Source: Vicugna vicugna
Taxonomy: Eukaryota
DNA: 64,000 bases
Assembly: GCA_013265495.1 (NCBI GenBank)
Contig: MU057781.1
Coordinates: forward strand, 374,001 to 438,000
Reading direction: 5' to 3'
Shown here piece after piece: positions 24,240 to 38,139 of the stretch; within the stretch, counting starts at the first letter, position 1; every line of letters starts with the position of its first letter. The notes under the pieces were generated by a model. The model saw nothing but the letters and a program-made list of their open reading frames with translations. It was not told the origin of the DNA and made no database searches. The translations under genes were made by a program, and so were the position numbers.

Positions 24240-27080
24240 TTTTTTAAAAGTACTGTGGCTTAATTTTTATACTAAAATATTTCAAACACACAGGGAGTCG
24301 TGATAGTTAGCTTCAACAGATCTCACGCCCTGCCTCATCAGCATCAGACTTTAAAGAAAACCTGACATCGGGACACAGTGGGAACCCCAGCTGAGCCTCC
24401 CGCCTCTTTGTGAACTCACTTCCCCCTCCCTCTCTCCCTCTCTCACTCTCTCTCTCTGTCTCTCTCTGTCTCTGTCTCTCTCTCTCTCTGTCTCTCTCTT
24501 TGTCTCCGTCTCCCTCTCCCTCTTTCTCCCTCTGTCTCTCCTCCCACCCCTGGTGGTGCACCTCCCATGCATTTTGTGGGTGGCTTTCCCACACACACTT
24601 ATGTATTTTCACTTGTTCTGTATGTGCCCCGAAGTAGCAAATGGAAATCTTCCGTGATCTCAAGCTTCAGGCAAATAGCACGGCCATACGACTTCCACTG
24701 ACCGCGTCCCCTCTCAGCGCTGCTCCTGCGGCGCGTCCGCCCGCCCGCACGCGGCCCGCCCTCGTTCGCTTGCCTTGACTCCCGCCGGGAGCGCCGCGTG
24801 GGAATGTCCCAGAGACGCCTTGTCCATGTTCTTATTCTGAGGCTTTCCCAGTTTTCCCTTGTCAGGAAAACCCTCCATCGAACAGTCTTGCTTGTGCCTC
24901 CGGATTCACAGGTGAGACCCCCTCCAGGTGCTTCCCGAGGAGAGTGAGGCTGGGGCGGGCCCCTCCTGCCCGATTCACCTCGGAAACGCGGGCGCCGGGT
25001 TGAAGCCCGCACTGCGGTTCTCCCCAGATGCCTTCATTTCCCCGGGCTCCGCGGGAGGGAGATGCCATCACGTTGCTGCTTCACTTTGCAGCCCTTCCTC
25101 TGCTTCTGGGGGGCCTCGGCATTTGCTGACCGGCTGCTGGCCCTTCCCTGCCATGCTTTTCTAGGTGTTCTCGTGGGCTGATTGTTCGCAGTGCAGTCAG
25201 CACTCATTTATTTTTAGCTGCGTGCCTCCCGGCACAAGCACATCGACCTCTACGACGTCCATGTTGAGCAGAAGGGCTGCTTGGAAGCGTGTTCGTTCCA
25301 CTCGTTATGATCCAGGTTAGAGCCCAGCGATCGGAAGACGCATCCAGATCTGCGCACCCGGGGAACGTGGCCCTTCCGACTACTCACTCCTCAGACAGAC
25401 TCTGCCCCCCGCTTTCCACCTCCGCAAAGGGCTGCGATAGCCACAGCCCCTGCCGCTGGGGCTGCCGAGGGCAAAGCGGCTGGCGTTTGTCAGGTGCTTT
25501 CGCAGCGTCCGGCACGAAGGAGCCGCTGAGTCAGAGCCTCTGGAGTTCATGACCATTTTCATCAAAGTTTATGCCTTTTCTGCCCTATTTAAGAAACCCT
25601 TCCAGATCGCAAAGTCGTAAAAACAGTATCCGTTGTTTTTATTTCCTGGAAGTTGTAAAGTCCTGCTCTTCACATTTCAGCCTTTAAAGCGTCTCTAGTT
25701 TGGGTCCTGTCTCCCGACATCTGTATTTCCACGTGCCTACCCGGCTGCCCAGCCCGTCCTCCCCCAGCAAACCCAGCAGCGCCAGTTCCCCCACGTGACG
25801 AGGTCTGTCCCTGAGCTCTGCCCTCTGTCCATGCGTCTACAAGCCCTCAAGTGCGCAGACACACACTTGTAATTATCAGGACACTAGAACACATCTTAGT
25901 ACTTTGTACAGCCAATCTCCCACCTCGCCCCCATTCTCCTTCAGGTCTGCCTTGGCTGCTGTTAGCTTTTCATCATTCAGATACACTTTGGAGTCAGTGG
26001 TCAAGTGTCATTAAAAATATCACTTGGAGTTTGGTATTAATTGCATTGATTGTATAAATACAGTCGAGAACTATCGTCTTCATGTTGTGTCAGTAAACAA
26101 GACATATCTCTCCGTGTGTGTGCCTTCTTTTATGTCTTCAATAGTATTTTAATATTCATGTTTCTTTACGATTTTCTGTTATAAGGGACAATGGTTGCCT
26201 TTCATTGGACCGATTCCTGGGAGCTCTGTGGGCTGTGCTGTGGTGGTGGTGGCAGCCTTTCTTCTGTTACTCGTCTTAGTTGCTTATTGTCAGTGGGCAG
26301 GAGTCTGTTGAGCTCTGGATGTTGATCCTGTGTCTGGGGACTTTGCTGGCCAATCTTCCCAGCTTTAATGTATGTAGGGTCTCTTGAATGTTTCATCATG
26401 TCATCTTCTAATAACTGTAACTGAGCTCCTGACGCCCCAGTCTTATGAATCACCTATTCTTCATGACTTTCTGCAGTGGCTAAGATCGCGAGCATGAGGC
26501 CAAATCAAATAGAACACATTCTCGTTCTACTTCTGACTTTGATGGGAATGCTTCTGGAATTTCAACATCGAATGTGTTTTCTGTATTTATCAGGTTAAGA
26601 AAATTCCATTTTATTCGTAATCTGTTAAAATTTCTTAGCACAGATGAGTAACAATTTCTTCAAATGCCTTTCTGTAGCCATTGAATGGTATTCACTTTTC
26701 CCCCATTCTTTAACGTGTGAGTAACGTGGACAGAGTCCCTGACGAGGAGCTAGCTAATAATCCTACCTGGTCAAAGTGCGTCGCCGTCTACGTCCGCCGC
26801 TAGATGTGTTCTGCTGGTGTTTTGTGACTTTCGGTGTCTGTGTCTGCAGATGTGGCTGATGCACCTTCTCTTCTTTATAATTGTGTCTCTCTACCTGCGC
26901 TTTCACCTCGAGGACAGATGAGAATGATGAAATGAGTGGGGTGGCTTTCTCTCCTGTGTTGTATGCAAAGTTGGTATAGGATAAAATTTATGCATTGTTT
27001 TAGATTTTTGTTAAAAAAAACTTCTGTAAACTTATATAGTCTTGTATCATTTGGAGGAAGAGAGGGTTCTTTTAAATTTT
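24240..27080 (-). mobile_element. Ancient L1 (L1ME-like) 3'UTR and ORF2 fragments, heavily diverged
   Basis: Residual antisense L1 motifs: tttaagaaacccttcc, ttcacatttcagcctttaa, ggtattaattgcattgattgtataaat, ttcctttatcaggttaagaaaattcc-like, tcaaatgcctttctgtagccattgaatgg. Confidence 0.7.
24420..24545. repeat. (CT)n/(CTGT)n polypyrimidine microsatellite
   Basis: ctctctctgtctctctctgtctctgtctctc tract. Confidence 0.95.
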
Positions 27081-27289
27081 AACATGAAAATTTGACCGCA
27101 AGTTTTCTAGCAAAGTCTGAAGTTACTAAGCATTTTCCTTCTAGCCCTGAGAAGACAGTGATCACGTCACGAGCTCCCTACCATTACTCTCTTCCACATG
27201 TAATTTTTCTACTTATTTTTGTCCACAACTTTTTTCTGCAAAAGAAAACAATTTATTACCATTGTTATTATTATTTACTAGTTAATTAA

Positions 27290-28250
27290 AGTTCACCTGC
27301 GTGCTCTGCCAGGGTCTTTGTTCCCTATTATTTCTTGCATCTCCAGGCTTCCATGTGGCTTCGCTTTTCTTCCTGCTGAAACACACACTTCGGTAGTTCT
27401 TTCAACAAGGATCTATGGGTAATCAAGTCCTTCAATCTTTGCAGGGCTGAAAATGTCTTTTTTCCCTCTAGTTTTATGTAGTTTTTTAATTTGATGCAGC
27501 TATCTTTAAAAGTCTCTAACTTTGTCTCTACCCGTGAGTGACACATCACAGGGTTTAGGATTCCGAGTCAGTAGTTACTGACCCTTAGCTCATTGCTGAT
27601 AATATCTGCATTGTCGTCTAACAGCTGCTCTGCCCGTGAGAGGAGAAACTGCTGCCCAACTGATTCTGATTCTTATCCTGTTTGTTCCCTATTAGTTTTT
27701 AAGGTATTCTCTATACCTTTGTGGGGGTTTTAATCAAAATTTTACCCAGATGCAACTGAGTATAATTTGATTTGTCCTGTCCAACATTTAATGCACACTT
27801 TCAACATGAGAAATCATGTTCTTCTCAATTCTGGAAAATTGCCGTTTCTCATATCGTTTCTCCTCTGTTCACTTCACCCCACTCTTCTGGAACCAGTGGT
27901 AACCACATGTTGGAAGCTCCGTGCCCCCGTCTCTACCCGTGCTGCTTTCTGGAGAATTCTACAGCACTGCCTTCCAATGTACTAATATCCCTTTGCCTGT
28001 GTCTTGCCTGGTCTTTATTCAAATCTTGAGTATTTTAATGTAAGTTAGTAATTTTTCAAGTTTCCAGTTAGAATCAGTTCTAATTGCACTTTTTCTCCAG
28101 GGAGGCTATAGACAGTTGTTTAGTTTGTTCGGTGTCTTTCGTGATGAGTTTTCCTCGTGTGTTTGCCGTTTTTATTTGGATTCATTTTCATTTTTGTTTC
28201 TATTTCTACTTCAATTTTCTTCCCTCTCTCTTATTGTCTTTGTGCTCGCT
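27290..28250 (-). mobile_element. Ancient L1/HAL1 ORF1 remnant
   Basis: ORF 27328-27549 includes EGKKTFSALQRLKDLITHRSLLKELPKCVFQQEEK, similar to the L1 ORF1 C-terminal domain (EGEIKTFSDKQKLREFITTRPALQEMLKGVL). Confidence 0.7.
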
Positions 28251-28974
28251 CTCCAGTCTCACAGTGCCCTGAGCTGGAAACGGGTTTCGAGTCACAGTCT
28301 TAGGGCCTCCCTCTCGCAGGGATGCTGGGGACACTGCAGAATTGAGACGACTCAAGGGTGATTTGGCCCCGGGCCATGCTGCCTCCTTCCACCTCCCCAG
28401 ACAGGACTCAGGGCAGCTGCAGGCTCGGGCAGCAGCACCCCAGCGCTCCCAGCACTGGTCATTGCCCTGTCCCCGGTGTAGACCTCAAGCCTGATCCTTC
28501 TCCTGCCTTTCTTGGGTCACAGGTCCCCGGCTACCCCTCCTCTGTTTGCTCCAGAGCCCGGCCAGGCATCCCCTTGGGCTTCTGCTTTATTTCTCAGTCA
28601 TTGAAATGCTAATCTTTTTTTAATATGGTCATAAAATTTCATTTTCACTTTTCTCTGTTACCTTTCTCTTGTGACCTCCCCCTTTTGTCTCTCAAAAGGG
28701 ATGTGTCCTCTGAGGGTGGTCCTCCAGGGCCATCTGGCTAGTCACCCACAAGTGTGGGTCTGGGGAAGGGGGGTGACACCATGGGGAAGTCCCATGGCCT
28801 TCCTCACTCATCCTCAGGCAGCCCTGCCTGTGGGAGGGGTCCTTGGGCAGCGCTCCTCCAAACAGCGCTGTCTCTGTGCACGAGCTGTTCCCTGGGGCCC
28901 TCGCCCCCACCGCACGCTCCCTCAGCCCAGGTTGCTTACTTCTGAATGTCTTTCCCTGTCCCCCTGCCCTGGGG

Positions 28975-29118
28975 GGGGCATCCTGTCATGACGGAGGCCC
29001 CTCTGAGGATCTCATGGCCCCTGCCCAGAAAATAAATGTGCTGCAATACTGCTGCACGTACAGCAGAAGACTGACGTGCTTTGAAAACTTCCTTGGGTCC
29101 CGGGTGAGGAAGCCACCC
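28975..29118. mobile_element. Probable hAT-Charlie MITE relic
   Basis: ggcccctctgaggatctcatggcccctgcccagaaaataaatg...gggtcccgggtgaggaagcc; a related relic appears at ~57875-57950. Confidence 0.4.
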
Positions 29119-29344
29119 CAGGCCATCGGCTGCCCCTTGACACGTGCCCCGTTAAGCCAGAGCCATGCTAGCCCTAAGCCTCCCCCTCCTCTGATCCAAC
29201 AAGAGAACATGGAAAAAGGAGAAGCTCTGACAGAAGAGGGGCCATGGCAGGAAGCATTTCCGTCGGGACCAGACTCTTGGAGGGGCTTCCATGTCGAGGG
29301 TGCAGACTCACCATGTTGAAAGGAGAACTTCCTGCCAAGGGCAG

Positions 29345-29786
29345 CCTGGCCCTTCCTGTGGCTACTGTGACAAGTGACCACGGCCTGGTGGTGTAAGATG
29401 TCAACCATCGATTAGCTCACTCTTCTGTAGGTGGAAGTCCCAAGCTGGACTCCCTGGATGCAGCCCATGGCGTCAGCAGAGCTGTGGTCCCTGCAGAGGC
29501 TCCCTCCCGTCCTCCAGTTTCTACAGGTGCCTGCAGCCTGTGGCTGGTGGTGCCATCGCTAAAGGCAGCGAGTCCTCCCGCAGCATCTCTGCAGCCCTTC
29601 CTGCCGGTTTCCTCTTCTCCTGTTCAGGACCCTTGTGTCGCAGACGTGGGGCCCACCTAGACGGTCCAGGACCAGCCTCCTACCTGCTGCTGGACCGCCT
29701 CACCCACCTGCCATGGAAACGAACACACTCAGAGGCTCCCACGGCCCAGACGTGGGGGCCTTTGGGGGCCGTGACCCTGCACCACA
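29345..29786 (-). mobile_element. MaLR solo LTR (MLT1D-like)
   Basis: ttcctgtggctactgtgacaagtgaccac...ttctgtaggtggaagtcc...tcagcagagctg...aggacccttgtg...gggcccacctagacggtccagga...ctttgggggccg...ccaca. Confidence 0.75.
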
Positions 29787-32182
29787 GGCACTGAGTTATT
29801 TCACAGTAGAAGGACATCAGGGAGGACGTGACCCCACAGATACAAACTGTGCTCCATGAGACCCTAGGGACCGTGTGGACAGTCACGTCCCACAGGGAGC
29901 AGCACCGTCTTCCCGAGGATGCGGGCAGGACCGCCACCCGAGAAGCCGCGTCACATCTAACCTACGTGGGAGGAGGCACCAGGCGGAGGGCTGTCGCCCC
30001 ACCGGGCCCTCGAATGCCCGCCTGCCGGCCCTGCCCCTGACCTTCCCCGGCCCCCGCTCGAGCGTGTCCCGGGAGACCACAGTCCCACACCACGCCGTGC
30101 TCGCCACACCAGCGGCACTTGCCTTGTGAACGGACGTTTTTCTTCACTTTCTCCCCCACTTGTCTGTTTTAATGAGTTCTCCGTGAACGCAGGAGTTCAC
30201 AGCCTCAGAATCTGATGTCGTCTCCTAACGAAATCGTCCTTGGCTGTCAGGTCAATGACACTGGAGAGGACACTGCCTGGGGTGGGGCTTTGTGTACCCG
30301 AGGGCAGCTGTGTCTCCCCCGATCTTTCAGACAAGTCTGCTGAGACCTTAGGGGTAATGGACGGGTGGCTGTGCAGAACGGAGGTCCTCTTTTGTCCCCT
30401 GTCACACAAAATGGAAAGCGTAGAGAGCACCACGAGGAGGTTTTTTGAACTTTCATGAATTATTTCCACAAGGAGTCAGAGCATTTTTCACCGTGGTCGT
30501 TTCGGGCTCAGTGAGGCGGGAGTGGGCTGAGGTCTCCCTGGTTTTATGATTAAGAGCGCGAGCTCTGCTGCCCAGCCACCCGGGCTCGGGGGGAGGGTCA
30601 GCCGTGTCCTCAGCCCTAAATCAGTCCAGTTAGGAAACAGGCGCGTGAAACCCGAGAAGACCCCGTGGGCCCCAGTGATGGACTGTCTCCCGCCAGACCC
30701 GAGGCTGGCGCGGTGCCACCACCTCCACACGGAAGGGCCGGCGAGCTTGCAGGGGGCGGCCCCCGACCCCTGAGACGGGCGCTTGGCCCCGCAGTTTTGC
30801 CACCAGCCCTGAGGTGGGACTACGGCCGCCTGGGGCATCACTGGGACCACACAGCCGCCTGTCCCCTCTCCCTGACCTGGAGGAGCCTCCCTGACCCGGC
30901 GCCCGCCTCCACCTGCGAACCTGCCCCACGGAGCTTTCCAGGGGCCATTCTAACATGAAATGAGCTGGTGTCGGTCAAGTGCCCAGTTCAGGATAAGGTC
31001 GGACGCTCAATAATTGTCCCATCCAGGCCCTAAGACCCAGGCGCTGTAACCAGCCCCGCCTGGCTGTCTGACAGCTGTGTGGGGGAAGCCGGGCAGTTCG
31101 ACGTCTCCGAGGCCGCGGGAGGCACGTCTCGGGCGGCGCGGGTCCGGCAAAGGCAGGCTCAGCCCCCGCCCATGCCTTCTGGCATATTTACCCCGTGTGC
31201 GCACGGCTTTCTGACCCGTCTGAACAGCCCAAGAGCAGACATCACAAAACGTAGGCCTCCCCCATCCAGCATCCGGCCCTTCCCAGAGGCGGCCCCGGCC
31301 CTGGGCGCCCCATCAGGCAGAGGTGTGCACACCCCTGGGTGTAAGTCAGAGCAACGGACCCCTGAGCGTGTCACAGTTTTGGATCTTCATGTTTTTAATG
31401 TTGGTTGTATTAACTGTGGTTTCTCAGTTCCGATGGCCTTGAGGCTCTGGCACTGGGGGTCTTGCAGACCCGGGAACAGCACCCACAATGCTAAGGGGAT
31501 CGGGAGGGGCTCTGAGTGCAGCTCCCCTCCCCTGCCCCCTGTCCCCGCCCCCGCTCCGTGTCCCCGTCAGGTCACAGCCACCGCCGCCGGCTCCTTGCCT
31601 CAGATGCTCCACACTCCCCCACCCTGGTCACCCCAGGATCCGGCTCGGACGACTGGGCCCACCTGCATGTTCCAGAAACAACGCATTTACACTTTTCCTA
31701 AGAGTGTGATGCTCGGGGAAGGCCACCTACCCCTCCCACCCAAGGACAGGACCGCCGTCCAGAGCCTCCTTCCCGCAAAAGTGACCGGGCTGCTGCCCCC
31801 AGGATGACAGGCTCCGAGTGCAGAGTCTCTGTCCTCAGGCCGTGTGCTCCCTGTGCTGGGGCGCCACACCTCCCTCTGTGTGCAGCTCACCTGTAGCCGC
31901 TGCCACCCGCCGGGGTGACGCATCCGTCCCCACGTGGGGCACATTCTCCAAAGGAGCCGCCGCCAGCTCAGAGCACAGTGTGCACACACACGCACCACAG
32001 ATAAGTCAGGCAGAGCTGACCCTTAGGACTCGTCTCCTGGAGGACCTGTGTGCTGATCACTCTCTGTCGGGACTAATTGGAAGCTCTGGGGAGCCAGGGG
32101 AGGGGCCGATAGGGAGCCGGAGACCCCAAACAGGAAGACGTGGGGACCACTGACACATGAGGAAACTGGGGAAAATGCAGGG

Positions 32183-32478
32183 CGTGTGTGTGCATGTGTG
32201 TGATGTGTGTGCATGACATGTGCATGGTGCATGTGGTGTGTGTGTGTGGTGTGTGTGTGCACGCACACGCATGAGGGGCCAGCTTCTCAGCGTCCTCGCC
32301 AGCACTCGGTGCCGTCGCTGTTTCAGTGCAGAGCACACCACACACCACAGACAGACACACACACCACACTGCACACACTCACATGTGCACAGACTCGTAA
32401 CACATATGTAGGCATAGACCACACAGACTTGCACAAATAGAACACACAGGTTCACAACACACACACAGTCACACACAC
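32183..32478. repeat. TG-rich tract followed by CA-rich tract
   Basis: gtgtgtgtgcatgtgtgtg... (32183-32270), then cacaccacacaccacagacagacacac... (32333-32478). Confidence 0.85.
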
Positions 32479-33427
32479 GGTACCCGGGGAGCTCCCCTGT
32501 GGACCCGATGTGACACCCCCTTGGTGGCGCCGTCACAGCCCCTCACCATCCCGTCCTTCTCAGACAAGTGCAGCCGAAAGTCGGGCTTTCACACGAGAAA
32601 CAGCAGAACGAGCGGGAGTCCTCGGTCGCCCCAGGCCCGGGAGGTGCAGGCTTGTGGGCCGGCATCTGCCTCCGTCACCGCGGCTCCACGGGAGGGTCTG
32701 ACACGAGCAGGCGCGTTCTCACAGCCACCGACTAGCAAAGAAACCAGTGCGTTTCCCTAGTTTAATTACCCGCCACCCGACGTTTGCGGCGCCCGCTAAC
32801 AGTCCTTGTTTCTGAGATGAAACGTGCTGTTTGCTAATTGCTCGCAGTTCCAGACAAGTGGCCAGAGAACGTTTCCCACCATTAAGGAAATGATGTAAAT
32901 GGTGAACGCACTGTGTTTGTGTTTGTGCTTTAAGAAGACAGACCTTGGTACTGTTTGGGGAAATGAGTGAGAATTCACCGATCCCCAGCAGAAGCGTCGT
33001 GGCATCTGGCCGTGCCAGGCGGGGTCCACGGGACCTGGGGGGACAGGCTCGTGCGCGGCTCCCAGCGGCTCCAAGCAGCCCGGGGGGCACAGACTCGCCA
33101 GCCCCTCCCTGCCTGGGGCCCTGGGAGCGGGGCGCCCACACTCTGAACCCCAGTTCTGCCGAGTCTGCTCTTTCAGTCCTGAGAGCGCTGCTTGGGGGCT
33201 CACCCACCAGAAGCACCCCCTCCCCGTCATCAAGCTCCCCATGGTGTCTGTGGCTTGAAGGAGCCTTCAGGAGCCTGCCGATCTTCGGGAAAGGTGGGGA
33301 CCCCGGTCCTGGCCTGAGGAAGAGCCGGGGCTACTGGCCAAGCACAGCGGTGGGCCCCAGGCCGGGCCCTGCACTGTCCCTGTGCAACACCGGCAGACGC
33401 CCCTGCAGGGGTGTGGGGAGGGAGCCC

Positions 33428-33441
33428 CTGGCAGGGGGCGC
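33428..33441 (+). promoter_or_regulatory. Candidate CTCF core motif
   Basis: CTGGCAGGGGGCGC, one mismatch from the CCRSYAGRKGGCRS consensus. Chance matches are common in GC-rich DNA. Confidence 0.35.
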
Positions 33442-36400
33442 TCTGCACATGCCTCACTCAGCCCGGTTCTCCGGGCGCTCACTCGGGCCAGGCTCTGCGC
33501 GGCGCGGGGGACAGCAGAGCCGGACGGGGGACAGCCCAGAAGGCCGAGGAGCTGGACTGACCCCTGCCAGGGCCTCCTCAGGGGGTCACTCGGGAGCCCC
33601 ATGAGGCAGGAAAGCAGGCGCCCTGCGGGTAGAGCCCTGGGGGCCAGAGGTGGTTGGAGGCGCCCCATCCCAGGGGGACCGGGTCCCGGACAAGGACAGA
33701 GGCGTCAGGTCCCGGCCTCACAAGCCCGAAGGGCCGCGTGGACGAGAGGGTGACGGGCCAAGGCGGGGAGGAAATCCAGGTCCCCACGGAGGCCGGACGT
33801 TACTGAGACGTGACCCACGCGGAAGCTGCGGCAGAGGGGGAGCCCTGCCCTGGCCGTGAAGGCTCACCATGGAGGCCGGAACCAGGAAAGCTGAATGAGA
33901 TTCCACCCGCCCAGCCAGCCCGCACGTGCGGGGGCCCTGCCGCGTGCCGCTCGCAGGACGCCTCCCCTGGTCCGCGGCTCAGAGTCCCAGGAGCAGAGGC
34001 CGCGGGGTGGCCCTCTGTGCAGCCAGCAATGAGCGAACGCGAGCAAGGCCTCACCGATGGGACCCGGGCAGCTGCGAAAGGTCCCTGGGCCCGAACAGAT
34101 GCCCAGGCCCCCGTAGCCCCGGGCAAGACGCCCAGAAGCAGTGAGAAGCCCGGTGACCCCCTCCCGTCACGGGGACCTGTCCTCTCCAGCAGCGTCAACT
34201 TGCATGTTTCTTTTACATGAATATTGTTTTGAAACAAGTATCTCTTTTTGGACACATCAGGCGTGGCCTCCCCGACATGGGCGGGACGCCGCAGGGACCA
34301 CCAGCCAGGGTTGTTGGGGCACCCAGGGGTCCCGCCCAGAAGAGGCCTCTGCCAGCTGGGGGTCCAGGCGGCTCCGGGCTCCAAAACGGGTGCATTTGGC
34401 TCCCCACTGTCGGCTGTCACCACACGGTGCCAGTGTCCCCAGAGCAGGGGTGGGGCTCAGCAGGTCTGCCCTCGCAATGTCTCCTGCAGTCCCCAGCACA
34501 GACCAGGATCCCCTGGGGCCCACGGCAGCCCAGCTCAGGGGCAGACTTCTGCCCCACCCACAGGGCTAGTCTCAGCCCTGGAGCCCAGGGGCGTGCTGCT
34601 GGGGGTGCCCTGCGTCCTCTGTCCTGGGCGGTGCCCCTCCTGCTCCCCAGCCTTCCCGGCCGGACGCCACTGCAGTCTCAGAGCCTCTCCCTCTCAAGGG
34701 ACCGACGGTCCCGCCGACATCCGGCTACAGGTTCTTCTCACAGAGGTGCCTCTTCCCACAGCTGACGTCACTGATTCTCTCTGGGAGCCGGCACGTCTGT
34801 CTCCGTGGTGGATGGTTCCAGCGTCCGTGGCAGGAAGGGCCTGGCGATCGCTTTCCTGAGCCACAGCCATCCTTCCCACGCCTTGGCCTCTCTCCTCCCA
34901 GTGGTGCCTCCATCCTCATCTCTCAGGGATTCTACGTCCACGTTGATGTCCATGAGGGCCTGGAGAGCCGGTGCCTGCGTGCTGGGCCATCCTGAGAGCG
35001 GGCGGGAGTGGCCAGGGGTCCCCGCAGGCCAGGCGCAGCCCCTTGGTGTCGGCTTTGTGTCCAGACTCTGCAGAAGCAGAAGCGTCTGTTGTCCAAAGAA
35101 AATCTGATTCATTCTACCAAATAAATATGTTTTGCTTTCTTGGGATGCATCCTTTTTCTGTGTAAGAGAAAAGCAAATAAATGACGTGTCTTCACCCCCA
35201 GATGTCCTGACAATGTCTAATTAAACCGCCACGTACGGGAGAAAGTGTTTTAAACACGCGTCCTTGTGACTCGGGGAGTGGTCGGTTGCCTCTGTGTTAG
35301 GGGACAAAGCTATGAATCCGGTATTTCAGCTGCTCACACGACGGCAGAGCCGGCCCCTCGGGAAACAGGGCGGACCCGGGGGCAGGGGACCCCGGTGGGT
35401 CCGAGATGGGCCGTGGCGCGGTGACGGTGGGGCTGTGGCGCCCCCGCCCTGTGGGCACTGCCTCCCCACGGCCGAGGGGCCACCCCCAGCCCCGCAGGGA
35501 CCAGAGCAGCGTGGGGACCACCGGGGGCTTGTAGAGAAGCCCGTGCTCTCCGCCCGCCTAACCCTGAGTCAGAATCAGGGCCCGGGACCAGTCTTCCGTT
35601 TTCCTGGTTTTGAATTTCTCTGGTGGATCTGGTGTCCGGCAGCTTCAGAAAACCAGCTGAGGTGAGGTCAGACTTCTCCTTAAGGACCAGACACCGAGCG
35701 TTTCAGGCGTAGCCAGCCACGCGGTCTCTGTCCCAAGGTGGCTGCAGCCCAGTGAGACTAGTTACAGAACAGGCGGTGGCCTTGGGCCTAGCTCGCTGCC
35801 CGCAGCCGGAGGCTCGGGCTGCGGAAGCTGCTTTCAAACGCAGGCGGGGGGCGGGGAGCAAAGGACGAGGCACAGACGCCCGTCCCCGCTGTCAGGTAAC
35901 AGTCTTACCACAGCCCTATAATCCTATTTTCACGGGCGAATATTCAACTACGTGACTTTCAAAGCAAAACACATTTAGAAGTTAAACTCAGACAAAATAC
36001 AACAGCGACGAAACTCAAATGAAAACTATAAACCCGCCGGAGCAGAGGCGCTGTCCTGCCGGCGCTGTCCTGCCGGCGCGGCACGCCTCGTGGGGCTCAT
36101 CACAGCTCCACCGCGGTCCTCCTGCCACCCGCTTGGGGCAGGCGCCTCCGCCAGCAACCGGGGGCCCCTCGGCCAACACGTCAGGGACACGTCACCTGTG
36201 TGTGTGTTCTGGGCACAGGGGCTCGTGGCCATCGGAAAAGAGCAGAGCTTGGGCACCATGCTCACCTGGAGGAGATCAGCGCATGCGTGTGTGCGTGTGT
36301 GTGTGCATGTCTGCGTGTATGTGTGTGCTGTGTGTGCACGTTTACATTAACGTCAGCGATGCTTTAATTTCCAGAGAACAGAGCCCCACCCTGACTACCG

Positions 36401-38139
36401 CCCACGGCTCAGCTGGGACACCCTAGAAGGCCCCTCCCTCAAGCCCGGACGGGGCAGACTGGCACCACTGGCCTCGGGCGTGGACGTGGAGCTGACCCGT
36501 TCCTGGGGGGTGGGGGCTGGTGGGAAGGGCTGGGTGGGGCCGACAGGCAGGGGCTCCGGTCGGTCGGGGTGAGAGGCCGCAGGAACCAGCTAGGGGCCCA
36601 CCAGCACGCAGCGGGTGACTCCTCTCAGGCCCACCAGTCTGCGGTCGTGGGAGCAAAGCCACATTCTACTCTCAAAAAACCAAAAACCGTCATAGATCAG
36701 AGCAGGCACAAGACCGCGTCACTCACTGTGACCCTGGTTTCCCACGCTGGTGTCACCGGCCGCTGAGCAGACCCGCCCCTCCTCCTGGGACTTCAGAGAG
36801 AGAAGCGGGGACGGGACAGAGCATCGGGGCCCGGCCCTGAGGTCACAGCAGGGGCTGCCCCATCTGCAGCCACCCCTGTGACCTTGTCCCGACACCATGA
36901 ACCCTCTGCTGCTCACCCTCAAAGTGGGGACAGCACCATGCCACCCGGGCTGGTCACCCCACCCGCCAGGACCCTCGTGCCCTGAGCACGTGGCACCCCG
37001 TGCACAAGGCTGAGACGGGGTCTGGAGCTTCTGATGTCACCTGACCCTTCAACTCCACAACTGTGGGTCCTCAGAGCAAGGGCCACCCCTGTCCGTCTCT
37101 CATCCTGAAACCAGCTCACAGCAGACGCTTGGAAAATATTGGGATGAAAGAGGGAAGGGGTTTCCGAGAAGCAGGATTTCCCAGTTTGGTTCGTGGTGTC
37201 TGGGCTGAACTGCGGCCACACACTCAGGTCCAGCCCAGAGGGAACCCTGGTGGAGGAGCACTTGGGGACAGGGTGGGAGAAGGGGGGGTCTGATGGAGGG
37301 TCAAACCCTCTGCTGTCATGATGGGCATAAATCCCCCCTCCGCCCAGCAGAGGACCTGACTTGCGCTCGGCACCCTCCTGGTCCTGGGGCCACTAGGACA
37401 CAGGCAGCTGGGCCACGGCAGGGGGGGGCGCCACTGTGGGGGGGGGCGGTAGAGGCTGGGGCAGACCTGGGCGGAGGGGGTCCCCAGGGGCCAGGCGGCC
37501 TCTCAGAGCAGCGCGCCCTCCTCCGGGCCGCGCAAGGCAGCAGGGAGTGAGGCGCTCCTGGAGCACGAGTGACCAGGGAGGAAGACTCGAGGACGGCGCC
37601 TGCGCTCACCCCGCGTGGCCTCCGTAAATGCTCTCACGAACAAAAGAGCGGGGCTGGGCTCCAGACTGCTTTCATCGTCGGTTTAATCTGTCCCCCGATA
37701 TCGATGTAAATATTTAATGTCCGTCGCCTAGAGCCTCAGTTATGACGACGACCGCGGAAGCCCTGAGTGATGGGGGGACCCCCGCCACCGTCGCCCTGGA
37801 CCACTGGCCGCACAGGACGAGGGACAGTCCGGCAGGGGGGCTGTGAGCTCCGAGGGAGCAGCAGCTCAGCTGTCCTTCAGCAGGGTGGGGTTCAGCCTCC
37901 AGGGCGGCCCCCCGGGAGGCGGGGCCTGGGGGGACGGGGGTCACATGGAGCAGGGCCTGCCCCTGCCCCTCAGGCACTGCCGCTGCCCCACCAACCTCAC
38001 CCACCTCAGCACCCAGCACGGACTCTTACAGAGAAATCTCAGACCCCAGCAGGTAGTCCCCAGAGACACCCTCAGACGGCCCGTCACCACTGCAGACGCT
38101 CTGGCGACACCAGAAACTGTCCGAGAGGCACCAGTTACT

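Noticed and set aside
36047..36078. 14-bp tandem duplication ggcgctgtcctgcc x2
   Set aside because: Ordinary slippage duplication with no further structure.
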